Source: Coprobacillaceae bacterium (GTDB lineage: Bacteria > Bacillota_I > Bacilli_A > Erysipelotrichales > Coprobacillaceae). Taken from it: a stretch of 32,000 nt of DNA. The notes under the pieces were generated by a model. That model made no database searches, was not told the origin of the DNA, and worked only from the letters and a program-made list of their open reading frames with translations. Shown here one piece after another: positions 16,624-25,539 of the stretch. The stretch covers positions 1,410,001 through 1,442,000 of the forward strand of contig OY776328.1 of NCBI GenBank assembly GCA_963675515.1, read 5' to 3'. Numbering within the stretch: the first letter of the stretch is position 1; every line of letters begins with the position of its first letter. Position numbers and translations under genes: made by a program.

Positions 16624-19341
16624 ATGAATAAGAAAATACATGTTATCCCGCATACCCATTGGGACCGCGAGTGGTATTTCACCACTTCCCGGTCGAAGGT
16701 TTACCTCATGGAGGATTTTGGCCGCGTCTTGGCGACATTGGAGAATGATCCGGATTATAAATACTACATGCTTGATGGCCAGGCATCATTGCTTGATGAT
16801 TACCTAGCCTGGATGCCCCAGGACTTTGAGCGCATCACAACCCTGGTCAAATCGGGAAGGCTGAAAGTCGGGCCATGGTACACCCAAAGCGACCAGCTGG
16901 TCATCTCGGGGGAAAGCATTGTCCGCAATCTCTATTACGGAATCGAAAGCTGCCAGGAATTTGGCGGATACATGAATGTCGGCTATGTTCCTGATTCATT
17001 CGGTCAGGCGGGCAACATGCCCCAGATCTACAGGGACTTTGGCATCGAGGATACGCTGTTCTGGCGCGGGGTATCCGACGACATGGTCAAGCACACCGAC
17101 TTCAACTGGAAAGGTGATGACGGTTCGACAGTCTTTGCGACCCAGATCCCCTTTGGCTATTATATCGGTGGCAATATCCCAGAGGGTGAAGGCATCGATG
17201 AATTCTGGCAAAAGGAATGCTTTGAGAAGGCGGGGAAAAGGAGCGCGACGAACAATATCTATTTTCCCAATGGCTTCGACCAGGCACCAATCAGGACCAA
17301 CCTGCCTGAGCTGTTAAAACAAAGGAACCAAGTGGATCAAGAAAACGAATATGTTATCAGCTGCATCGAGGACTACATCAAAGATGTCAAGGCCCAAAAT
17401 CCCGAGCTGGAAGAAGTGACAGGGGAACTGGTGATCGCCAAGCATATGCGCATCCACAAGTCGATCTTCTCTTCCCGTTCGGATCTCAAGGTGTTAAACA
17501 CGAAAGTCCAGAACTATGTGTCAAATGTGCTTGAGCCAATCCTTACCATGTCATACAGCCTGAAAAACCCATATCCCCATGGGGCGGTGAGCCAGATCTG
17601 GAAATTGTTGTTCGAGAATGCGGCCCATGACTCGATTGGTTCGTGCATTTCCGACCAGGCCAATGAGGATGTCTATCTGCGTTACAAGCAGGCGGGAGAT
17701 ATTGCGACCAACCTGGTTGAGCTTCATTCAAGGCTGATTGCGACCAAGATCAACAGCAATGAAGATCAGATGACCTTCACAATCATCAATCCCTTGCCTC
17801 AGTCAAGAAGCGAGATCGTCAAGGTCAAAGCCTATGTGCCCGGGGGCAAATTCGCAATCAAGGATGAACAAGGCAATCCGGTTGCTTATACAATCCTGGA
17901 AAGAAAGGATCTTACCGACTATGTCATGACCCAGACGATCAGACTCAATCCATCAAAGGAAATCTATCTGCCTGAAAGGGTTGATGAAGTGGTCCTGGCG
18001 TTTGAAACCAGAGATATCCCGGCAATGGGTTATGTCCAGTACAGCCTTGAGGTCGACCGGGATACAAGTCAGGAATTGAAAGAAACCGACAAGCTTGAAA
18101 ACGAGTATTACGAAATCACAGTGGAATCAGACGGCTCGCTGACAATCTATGACAAGATAGCTGGATACGAGTACAAGAACCAGGCGATTCTGGTGGAAAA
18201 CGGGGATGATGGCGACAGTTTCAACTATTCGCCACCTCGTCATGATCTCGAAGTCTATTCAACTGCTTCACCGTTTAGCTTTAAGATTGAAGGTTCGCCG
18301 ATTTTACAAGAAGCCAAAATAGACTTCGTGATGGATGTTCCGGCAGATCTGGAAGAGCGAGCAATGGGTAAAACCAGTGTCAAGTTGCCGGTAACGATGA
18401 CTGTCGGTCTTAAAAAAGGCAGCAAGGTGATCGATTTGAAGGTCAAAGTGGCCAATGCCGGATTGTCGCACCGCCTCTGTGTGATGTTTGACAGTCATCT
18501 GGCAACGAAATTCAACTATGCCGACCAGCAGTTCGGTTCAATCAAAAGACCAAACTACTATGAAAAGGAAATGGCTCTCTATTTCCAGGAGGAAAACAAG
18601 GAAGTCAAAGAAACAAAATCATTTGTCCAGCTGGCCAACTGGGCCAACGACCAGTCTTCATGGCAGGAACCACCGATATCAATCGAACCGACCCAGTCTT
18701 ATGTGGCCTTGACTGACCAAAGCCGCGGTATCGCCGTATTCCCACAAGGGGTCAGGGAATACGAGATTGTCAATGAACAGGGCAGCCAGATTCGTCTGAC
18801 ACTGTTCAGGACTTATGGCTACATGGGCAAGGAGAATCTGGTGTACCGGCCGGGCCGCGCTTCAGGTGAAAAGATCATCGCCACTCCCGATGCGCAGCTG
18901 CTAAAGGAAATGGAATTCGACTTCGGGTTCACGACCTTTGTGGGAACGCTCAACGATGCCAATATCGACACTATGGCCAAAAGCTACAACAGCGAGATGG
19001 AAGTTTATCCATACGCCGAGTTTCTCAATGGCCGCCTGATTTTCTCGCAGACAGAAATTGAAGGAAATGAACCAAACAGCTATTCTCTGATGAAAACCAA
19101 CGGCAACTTGGTTGTCAGCGCCATCAAGAAAGCGGAGAAGGAGCAAGGGTACCTTATCCGCCTCTATAATGGCAAGGACCATCAGGAATTGGATGATGTT
19201 ATCAGGTTCAATACTCCAATCACTCAGGCTTGGTATACCAACCTGAAGGAAGAAAAGGTTGAAGCCATCCCGGTGGAAAACAACGAAATAACAATCAGTA
19301 ATCTTGGACATTGCAAGTTTGTGACCATCTTGGTCAAATAA
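16624..19341 (+). CDS. Glycoside hydrolase family 38 alpha-mannosidase (MngB-like)
   Basis: 905 aa. The N-terminal HVIPHTHWDREWYF motif is characteristic of GH38. Pairing with a fructose-family PTS matches the mngA/mngB logic. Confidence 0.9.
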   Translation: MNKKIHVIPHTHWDREWYFTTSRSKVYLMEDFGRVLATLENDPDYKYYMLDGQASLLDDYLAWMPQDFERITTLVKSGRLKVGPWYTQSDQLVISGESIVRNLYYGIESCQEFGGYMNVGYVPDSFGQAGNMPQIYRDFGIEDTLFWRGVSDDMVKHTDFNWKGDDGSTVFATQIPFGYYIGGNIPEGEGIDEFWQKECFEKAGKRSATNNIYFPNGFDQAPIRTNLPELLKQRNQVDQENEYVISCIEDYIKDVKAQNPELEEVTGELVIAKHMRIHKSIFSSRSDLKVLNTKVQNYVSNVLEPILTMSYSLKNPYPHGAVSQIWKLLFENAAHDSIGSCISDQANEDVYLRYKQAGDIATNLVELHSRLIATKINSNEDQMTFTIINPLPQSRSEIVKVKAYVPGGKFAIKDEQGNPVAYTILERKDLTDYVMTQTIRLNPSKEIYLPERVDEVVLAFETRDIPAMGYVQYSLEVDRDTSQELKETDKLENEYYEITVESDGSLTIYDKIAGYEYKNQAILVENGDDGDSFNYSPPRHDLEVYSTASPFSFKIEGSPILQEAKIDFVMDVPADLEERAMGKTSVKLPVTMTVGLKKGSKVIDLKVKVANAGLSHRLCVMFDSHLATKFNYADQQFGSIKRPNYYEKEMALYFQEENKEVKETKSFVQLANWANDQSSWQEPPISIEPTQSYVALTDQSRGIAVFPQGVREYEIVNEQGSQIRLTLFRTYGYMGKENLVYRPGRASGEKIIATPDAQLLKEMEFDFGFTTFVGTLNDANIDTMAKSYNSEMEVYPYAEFLNGRLIFSQTEIEGNEPNSYSLMKTNGNLVVSAIKKAEKEQGYLIRLYNGKDHQELDDVIRFNTPITQAWYTNLKEEKVEAIPVENNEITISNLGHCKFVTILVK

Positions 19342-19357
19342 TTCCTAAACACTAGAG

Positions 19358-19388
19358 CACCTTTTATGAAAATAGAAGGTGTTTTTTG
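19358..19388 (+). terminator. Rho-independent terminator of the PTS/mannosidase operon
   Basis: Stem cacctt/aaggtg with a 12-nt loop, followed by TTTTTTG. Confidence 0.6.
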
Positions 19389-19549
19389 TATTATTTATTC
19401 AAATAGTTGCTCAAAATTTCATGTATGATATAAGTGAAATAATGATTGTTTTCCTTCATTATATTTATTATTAATGGTAAGATTACATTAGTAGTTACTT
19501 AATACACTTATGTTATATAAATAGCTGGTTTAGAGAGGCGGGGGCGATT

Positions 19550-21166
19550 ATGGCGTCGGTAAATTTATACAAAATTGAGAATGGCAATGAACCTGAAATA
19601 GATAATGTTTTAAGCGAGTTTGAACACATAGATTCAAAAAAAATAGTAAGTCAAGATAACTTAGTAGTTGAATTCGAACTTTATATTATCGATAATTACA
19701 ATAAGAAGGTGATAAATTGGAATTGGATAGTAAGAGAATTCATTGAGGATGACATATATATTGAACCGGGTCCGATCGGGATATTAAAAATCACCAAGGA
19801 TGAAAATCTCTATGTTGTAACATTTGGTCATGCGTTTTTCAAAGTTGACAAGTATTGTGACCATGAATTTGGATTTGAGATTGCCAAAAGATTGGACTAT
19901 TTAGAAATCAGGACAACTACATTGTCATCGCCACATTCCAAACGTAATAAATCAATTAGCACATACATAGATTATAATGAATTGGAATTTGATAGTGGAG
20001 AATCTTTTTCGAAAATAAAGGTAAAAGTAAAAACGCCGGATGATGATTTGTTTAAACCATCTGTTGAAATAGGCAGTTCAGTTAAATTTAACGTAACGAA
20101 TGGTAATCTGGAGACAATAGGTGAGTTGGTTTGTTATATTGAGAATATATTAGAACGGAAAGAAAAATATCAAATACCAATATTCACCAGAGTAAAAGAC
20201 CAAGAAACTATAAATCAACTCGAGTCAAGCCTAAAAGAAGCGACAATTGATGATATGTTCAAGATCAGTATTTCAGAGTTAGATATAATTGGAGCAAATG
20301 AGATATTTAATCATAATGATGACGAATATGAGATTCATTTCGGTCGGAAAAGCAAGAATGTAATTGGACTTACGATTGACGATGTTAAAGCTTTTTGCGA
20401 CGAATATGCGATAGATGTAGCAGAACACCTGTTTGATGTTAAAATTAAAATGTTTCAAGATGAACAGGTAATTGTCAATTCAAAAGTGCATGATTTGATT
20501 GATTTTACAAACGATGAGATGCGTTGTTTGTTATCAAAGGGACGGTGGTACAACTACAATGATGATTACATTAACTATCTTAACGATTCGATTTTAGAAA
20601 TAGGTTGTTTTTATGTACCTGAATACGATTTTTCGGAAGAAAAACATTTGGGATATTTAGAAGACAAATATATAGAATTGCAATTTACGTCTGATTACAA
20701 AGACTTGCCTAAAGAGAAGGCGATTTCTAAATTGAAGAAGAAATATTATGCAGAATATGTTTTTAATGAATTGATGGTAAAAGAGGGATATAAGAACTAT
20801 GATCGTGATTTGTCATCATTTCCGGGATCTGGTTCAAAAATTGAATTGATGGACCTTTATAAAGATAAAACGATGTTTGCTGTGAAGATGGGGAATTCGT
20901 CAGGAAAGTTGACGTATGTCTTTGAACAGTCGCTAATCTCACTTAAGAAATATAAACATAGTAAGAAATCTGATTTACCAAAAGTAGATTTCATAGCTGT
21001 ATGGCTGGTACTGGAAAGAAAGAATGTATTACCTAACACGGAAGATGGCCAGCCCGATTTAAGAGAGTTAGAAATGCTGATGTTAAAAAACAAAATGGAT
21101 AGTTGGAAAAAAGAAGTCAGATTATCAGGATATACCCCAATAATATATATAAACTATAAAAAATAG
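19550..21166 (+). CDS. Hypothetical 538-aa protein, possibly DUF6119/TIGR04141 (sporadically distributed) family
   Basis: GAGGCGGGGG Shine-Dalgarno. VVTFGHAFFKVDKYCDHEFGFEIAKRL and the C-terminal ELMDLYKDKTMFAVKMGNSSGKLTYVFEQSLISL resemble my memory of the family motifs TFGHG...DFGL and D-x(n)-VK...S..LSHLF.Q. The gene is visibly more AT-rich than its neighbours. Confidence 0.6.
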   Translation: MASVNLYKIENGNEPEIDNVLSEFEHIDSKKIVSQDNLVVEFELYIIDNYNKKVINWNWIVREFIEDDIYIEPGPIGILKITKDENLYVVTFGHAFFKVDKYCDHEFGFEIAKRLDYLEIRTTTLSSPHSKRNKSISTYIDYNELEFDSGESFSKIKVKVKTPDDDLFKPSVEIGSSVKFNVTNGNLETIGELVCYIENILERKEKYQIPIFTRVKDQETINQLESSLKEATIDDMFKISISELDIIGANEIFNHNDDEYEIHFGRKSKNVIGLTIDDVKAFCDEYAIDVAEHLFDVKIKMFQDEQVIVNSKVHDLIDFTNDEMRCLLSKGRWYNYNDDYINYLNDSILEIGCFYVPEYDFSEEKHLGYLEDKYIELQFTSDYKDLPKEKAISKLKKKYYAEYVFNELMVKEGYKNYDRDLSSFPGSGSKIELMDLYKDKTMFAVKMGNSSGKLTYVFEQSLISLKKYKHSKKSDLPKVDFIAVWLVLERKNVLPNTEDGQPDLRELEMLMLKNKMDSWKKEVRLSGYTPIIYINYKK

Positions 21167-21365
21167 TTAGGATGTGGCTCATTGTATTTTTGACCCATAC
21201 AATTTGATTAAGTGGCATGTGGCAAATATTGAAGAGAAACCATATAATAATTTTACTTGCTATTCTTGATTGTTTTCCATTCACCAAATTGCCGCGGCTT
21301 CATTGCTTTACAATCGATGCAAATGGGAATAAACTTAGAGTAGATGAATTCAGGAGGAAACGACA

Positions 21366-21632
21366 ATGAAGGTTACGGTATATGGAACTGATCTTTGCAG
21401 TGAGACAATGAAGGCTTTGGTTGAGTTGGAGGCGGCAAATGCCGACTTTGAATTCAAGAACTTCACCAAAGAATTAAGTGTCCTGAAGGAATTCCTGCAC
21501 GAGCGGGATTCCAATGAGATGTTCGATCAGGCCAAGAAGGAAATGCGGATCGGGATTCCTTTTTTCGTACTTGAAGACGGAAGCAAGACCCACTCGCTCA
21601 ACCAGGTCTTGAAGGCCATCGGTAAAAAGTAG
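21366..21632 (+). CDS. Glutaredoxin/NrdH-like thioredoxin-fold protein (single Cys in place of CxxC)
   Basis: 88 aa. KVTVYGTDLCSET plus GIPFFVLEDGS fit the small glutaredoxin-like layout. AGGAGG Shine-Dalgarno. Confidence 0.5.
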   Translation: MKVTVYGTDLCSETMKALVELEAANADFEFKNFTKELSVLKEFLHERDSNEMFDQAKKEMRIGIPFFVLEDGSKTHSLNQVLKAIGKK

Positions 21633-21776
21633 AGAGCAATCTTAAACCTACCCCGCCAATTGCCTTAAGGTAGCCATCAACCTTTGGTGTTTTCAGCAAT
21701 TGTTTCATGGTAGGGCGGTCTGAACTCTGATATCACGACACCTTCCCAGGGAACAGTTTTCCTGACCGGGACCATT

Positions 21777-21798
21777 GCTGCCAAAAGGCAGCGCTTTT
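21777..21798 (+). terminator. Terminator-like hairpin immediately upstream of the intron 5' end
   Basis: gctgcc-aaaa-ggcagc followed by GCTTTT. The T-tract is cut short by GTGCG at 21799. Confidence 0.5.
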
Positions 21799-22442
21799 GT
21801 GCGACAGGCAGTCGCTTAGATGTCATGTATGCAGGTATATGGCATTTTCCTTTTATAAATGAGTTCCTGTAATAGTTCGCTATCAATACAGTAAACATCA
21901 TGGAATTGGGAAACCCTGTAGGTGAAAATCCTATCCCGTGCGCACTGGTGCTATTCGGGAAATCTAGTCTAGGGCATAATCGTGAGGTTGTGTCTGAAGG
22001 AGACGCAGTAGTCGAGAGACCTGTAGATGAGTTGACAGGCCGAAACGAAAAGTGAATCACATGTTGCGGCAGTGGAGAATGTGACGACGTTGCGAAAAAT
22101 GCGGAAGTCTATTCACGACATATTCTAAGAACCAGTCGAATATGCCGGCACTCCATTGTGAAGGTGATTGGCATGTCAACAAGGGCGTAGTTGATGACCC
22201 TGTGAGACCTCTTCATCCACCGAAAGGATAGCCATCTATAAGAGTCATTCGAAGTGATGGTTATATGAAGAGGAGTCAGACAATCTCATAGTAGCGAAGT
22301 AGTCATGTGACCAAACGCATGATGAAGCGAAGGGGATTGACCTTTTACAATTCTTACTTTATTTAATCGTAATGGTAAGAATTACGGTACTTAGGTACAA
22401 ACGAATTCAAAGAACGATAAATAGAAAGAGAGGTTTGAAATT

Positions 22443-23867
22443 ATGAATGAACCGATGAGATTGAAGTGGCATTCACTGTACGGACAAATACTCCAGGACA
22501 GGAAAATACTAGAAGCATGGAAACAGGTTAAAGCTAATCATGGAAGTGGTGGAATTGATGGGATAACCATTGAGCGATTCATGCAACATGAACAAGACAA
22601 CCTGGACAAGCTGTTAGATGAACTGAAATTGAAGGGATATAGACCAACCCCTGTAAGGCGAGTATATATACCTAAGAAAAACGGAAAGAAAAGACCATTG
22701 GGAATACCAATAGTCAAGGATCGGATAGTTCAGCAGGTGTTGTACAATATTCTTTCCCCAAAATATGAGGATGGAATATTTCATCCTCGTTCAGTTGGGT
22801 ATCGGCCGAAACGTGGTGTCGATACTGCGATGCAAATTATCATCAAGAACGTAGAGGAAGGAAATAACTGGATATACGATTGTGATATCAAAGGATTCTT
22901 TGACAACATTCCCCACAAGAAGTTGATGAAGGTGTTGAACAAATGTATCGCCGACGGTACTGTTCTTGACTTGATTTGGTCATGGTTAAAAGCTGGTTAC
23001 ATGGAAGATGGAAAGCATATGCAAAGTAGAAGTGGAACCCCGCAGGGCGGGGTCATTTCACCACTACTGTCTAACATCTACCTAAATGAACTGGATTGGA
23101 AGCTCAGCGAATCTAACATTGAATTCGTGCGTTATGCCGATGATTTTCTCCTGTTTGCGAAAACAGAAGAAGAAATCGAAAGAGCTGGTAAAATCGCCAA
23201 AGAAGTACTACATTCGTTAGGACTTGAGATGGCTATGGATAAAACCAAAGTGGTGGACTTTAAAAATGATGATTTCACATTTCTTGGATTTGACTTCAAG
23301 CACTGGAGGAAAAACAAGAGGGGTAATGATTACTATTTCATAGTTCCCACAGACAAATCACTCAAAGATTTCAAAAAGAAAATCAAGGACAAGACGCAAA
23401 GAAAGTGGACTTTTTCCCAAGATAAATGGGTAGCCATGCTTAATCCGATTATAGTTGGTAAAGTAAATTACTATCTCAATGTCTATAAGGCGTTGACAAT
23501 ATTCAAAAAGCATAACATCAAAACCCATTGTAATATCAAAATAATGGGTGGGATGCTCAATAGAATCGATCAGTATATTCGCCAAAGATTGAGAATGTGC
23601 ATGTTGCATAAACATCCGACAATCAGGAAAGCGTTTGGAATGACGGTCAAATGGAATATTGCATTCTTTGCGATGATTGGCTTGAAGCCTGCAAACTGGC
23701 ATTATTTCAATACCATGTATGGATATCCCATTGAGCTGTATGTAAAAAGACAGCAATATGGCAACAAGATAGAACATGCGAAAAGGAAAGACCGTGATAG
23801 GAAAAACGGCATGAATAGGTACTCGAAAGAGAGAAATAAGAAAATAGCCTACTCGTTTAGCAAGTAG
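22443..23867 (+). CDS. Group II intron reverse transcriptase/maturase (no HNH endonuclease domain seen)
   Basis: 474 aa. RT motifs include RPTPVRRVYIPKKNGKKRPLGIPIVKDRIVQQ, GTPQGGVISPLLSNIYL and YADDFLLF. A maturase X-like region follows, then a basic tail without Cys/His HNH motifs. Confidence 0.95.
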   Translation: MNEPMRLKWHSLYGQILQDRKILEAWKQVKANHGSGGIDGITIERFMQHEQDNLDKLLDELKLKGYRPTPVRRVYIPKKNGKKRPLGIPIVKDRIVQQVLYNILSPKYEDGIFHPRSVGYRPKRGVDTAMQIIIKNVEEGNNWIYDCDIKGFFDNIPHKKLMKVLNKCIADGTVLDLIWSWLKAGYMEDGKHMQSRSGTPQGGVISPLLSNIYLNELDWKLSESNIEFVRYADDFLLFAKTEEEIERAGKIAKEVLHSLGLEMAMDKTKVVDFKNDDFTFLGFDFKHWRKNKRGNDYYFIVPTDKSLKDFKKKIKDKTQRKWTFSQDKWVAMLNPIIVGKVNYYLNVYKALTIFKKHNIKTHCNIKIMGGMLNRIDQYIRQRLRMCMLHKHPTIRKAFGMTVKWNIAFFAMIGLKPANWHYFNTMYGYPIELYVKRQQYGNKIEHAKRKDRDRKNGMNRYSKERNKKIAYSFSK

Positions 23868-23905
23868 ACTACAATCATTCGTAAAATCAAATTCAGTAAA
23901 TTGGT

Positions 23906-23936
23906 AAGCTGTATGCGTTAATAATGCATGTGCAGT
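23906..23936 (+). ncRNA. Group II intron domain V-like hairpin
   Basis: AAGCUGUAU-GCGUU-AAU-AAUGC-AU-GUGCAGU shows the AGC triad, a two-nt bulge and G-U pairs in the canonical positions. The last two basal pairs are missing unless 29069-29070 (UU) is joined. Confidence 0.55.
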
Positions 23937-23966
23937 GGTGTTATCCCGATATCGGGATAACACCAC
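23935..23966. repeat. Perfect 32-bp palindrome GTGGTGTTATCCCGATATCGGGATAACACCAC
   Basis: Read directly from the sequence. It can be read as 11-bp arms, a 6-bp spacer (GATATC) and 11-bp arms, which is the layout of a tyrosine-recombinase core site. It shares the TTATCCCGA half-site with the RIT inverted repeats. Confidence 0.9.
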
Positions 23967-24047
23967 TTATACCGACTTTTGGATTATCCCGACAAATATG
24001 TATTTTTGAGGGATAGTCCTTTTTTGTATTATTAAAAGTCGGGATAA
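23965..24047. repeat. RIT terminal inverted repeat (left)
   Basis: ACTTATACCGACTTTTGGATTATCCCGACAAATATG...AAAAGTCGGGATAA is identical, by eye, to the reverse complement of 28986-29068. Confidence 0.9.
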
Positions 24048-24048
24048 C

Positions 24049-25098
24049 TCATATCAATCCATAGAGCCTTTTAATCAGTTCTTCATCATTTTCAAAATCC
24101 AGATTGTATTTATTAGAAATATTTATTAAGGGGCTAATTGCTTCTGTAGCCTGCTCAATTGCCTGTTTTTTCATTTCTAATGTTGCCTGCGCATAAAATT
24201 CCATTGTTGTAGAAACTTGCGCATGTCCAAGCCATTCGGAAATAAGTGGTAGCGGCATTCCACCATGATATAAATGCATGGCTCTAGAATGGCGGAACAT
24301 ATGCGGATAAATATGAATAGGTACTTCTTCATCTACATCATGAGCGGATGCACAATATTTATCAATAAATTTTTGAACAGCATCTGGCGACAGTTGACTG
24401 ATGATTTCCTTTCGTTTTGAACAAAAAACGAAGCTATCGTCTTTTGATTTTAAGTGAAATATCGATAGATAATTTTTCAAGTGGTTTATCGTTTTTTCCA
24501 TAATTGGGACTAATCTTACTTTACTGCCCTTTCCTGTTAGTTTCACGTACGGGACTTCACTAAATAGGAACAGGTCTCCAATTTTGAGATCCAAAATTTC
24601 CTGAATTCTAGCTCCAGTGTCATACATTAGTATCATGAAAACCAAATCCCGTATTCCTTTTTTTGTTTTTGTGTTTGGCTGCCTAAGTAATGTTTCTAAA
24701 ACATTTTCGGAGAAGTATTCAATCTGATTATTTTTGGACATCTTTTTCATAGGGACCGCAAGTAGTTCTTGGTAATATGCCATTAAAGAAATATTGCGAG
24801 ATGCAACATATTTGTAAAACGAACGAATTGCTGCCAGTTTCTGATTTCTAGTACTGCAAGACCACCCGGAATATTGCTCACCGTCATTCAAAAAATTATC
24901 AAGTAGCTTAACCGAGGTTATCTCGAAGCAAAAGTCAGATAGTTTGATTTTATTGGCGTTACATGCATATTTTAGAAATTGATTCATAGTGATTTTATAG
25001 GATTTGATTGTGTTGAAGCTGTTTCCTTTTTGTTTTGGTAAGAAAGACTCAAAATAATCTCTAATCATTTTGAAGAAACATAATGAATTTTCAGTCAT
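24049..25098 (-). CDS. ritC: Tyrosine recombinase, third gene of the trio
   Basis: R (TGARIQE), K (GKGSK), HxxR (HMFRHS), H (LGHAQ) and Y (EFYAQAT) are all present. The start is set at ATG 25098, overlapping the ritB stop as ATGACTGA. The stop abuts the left inverted repeat. Confidence 0.85.
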   Translation of the reverse strand: MTENSLCFFKMIRDYFESFLPKQKGNSFNTIKSYKITMNQFLKYACNANKIKLSDFCFEITSVKLLDNFLNDGEQYSGWSCSTRNQKLAAIRSFYKYVASRNISLMAYYQELLAVPMKKMSKNNQIEYFSENVLETLLRQPNTKTKKGIRDLVFMILMYDTGARIQEILDLKIGDLFLFSEVPYVKLTGKGSKVRLVPIMEKTINHLKNYLSIFHLKSKDDSFVFCSKRKEIISQLSPDAVQKFIDKYCASAHDVDEEVPIHIYPHMFRHSRAMHLYHGGMPLPLISEWLGHAQVSTTMEFYAQATLEMKKQAIEQATEAISPLINISNKYNLDFENDEELIKRLYGLI

Positions 25099-25474
25099 AC
25101 TTAGACACCTCAGGAATGATTGAGGAAAACCTTTCCCAATCAACTTCAGATGATTTAATTAATTCCTCTGGAAGTAAGTGAATATAATAAGCCGTGTCTT
25201 CGAAATTGGAATGACCCATATAGGCACTCATGTAGGGAAGCAATGAATATAAATCTTCACCTTCGTTTAAGAGTTTCATCATGACAGTTGTCGCCCAGCG
25301 ATGACGTAAATCGTATACTCTTACACGAGCTCTACCACCCTCGGGCTTTATCTCATCCCAAATCTTCAAGAATTCCGTCCTTAACCATTTTGAATGATAT
25401 GGAAGCCCGGTTGGAGATGGAAAAACATAATCAGTATTTGGAAATATTAACTTCATTTCATCGATATACTCGCG
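25091..25474 (-). pseudogene. ritB: Tyrosine recombinase, middle gene of the trio, C-terminal fragment (split by IS3)
   Basis: Encodes ...YIDEMKLIFPNTDYVFPS...YDLRHRWAT...MGHSNFEDTAYYIHLL, which carries the HxxR, H and Y catalytic residues. Confidence 0.85.
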
Positions 25475-25539
25475 GTATTTGTCAATATAGTTGACGCATT
25501 TTTTTGATTTTAATTATGCAGATTATTGAGTGTTTCATG

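Larger units (their letters stand above)
21799..23936 (+). mobile_element. Group II intron (5' end through domain V) with an En-less RT/maturase ORF
   Basis: Starts with GTGCGAC, and the RT ORF lies 644 nt downstream. A domain V-like hairpin sits about 40 nt after the ORF stop. The 5' boundary is fairly secure; the 3' boundary is uncertain (see findings). Confidence 0.8.

Noticed and set aside
12532-19311. Multiple 60-136-aa ORFs on either strand inside the regulator, PTS and GH38 genes
   Set aside because: All are nested within or antisense to long ORFs that carry clear family motifs. They are typical of the higher-GC backbone segment.
21677-22060. 127-aa minus-strand ORF downstream of the glutaredoxin-like gene
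   Set aside because: It lies mostly within domain I of the group II intron RNA. It has no ribosome-binding site and an odd composition (rich in S/T/P/R), so it is likely spurious.
22443-23867. Reverse transcriptase as a retron or defence-associated RT (DRT)
   Set aside because: The GTGCG 5' end, a maturase X-like region after the RT domain, and a domain V-like hairpin with an AGC triad just downstream all indicate a group II intron. I saw no msr/msd-like repeats.
23358-23966. 202-aa minus-strand ORF
   Set aside because: It is antisense to the 3' part of the RT/maturase ORF and to domain V of the intron, so I treat it as a shadow ORF.
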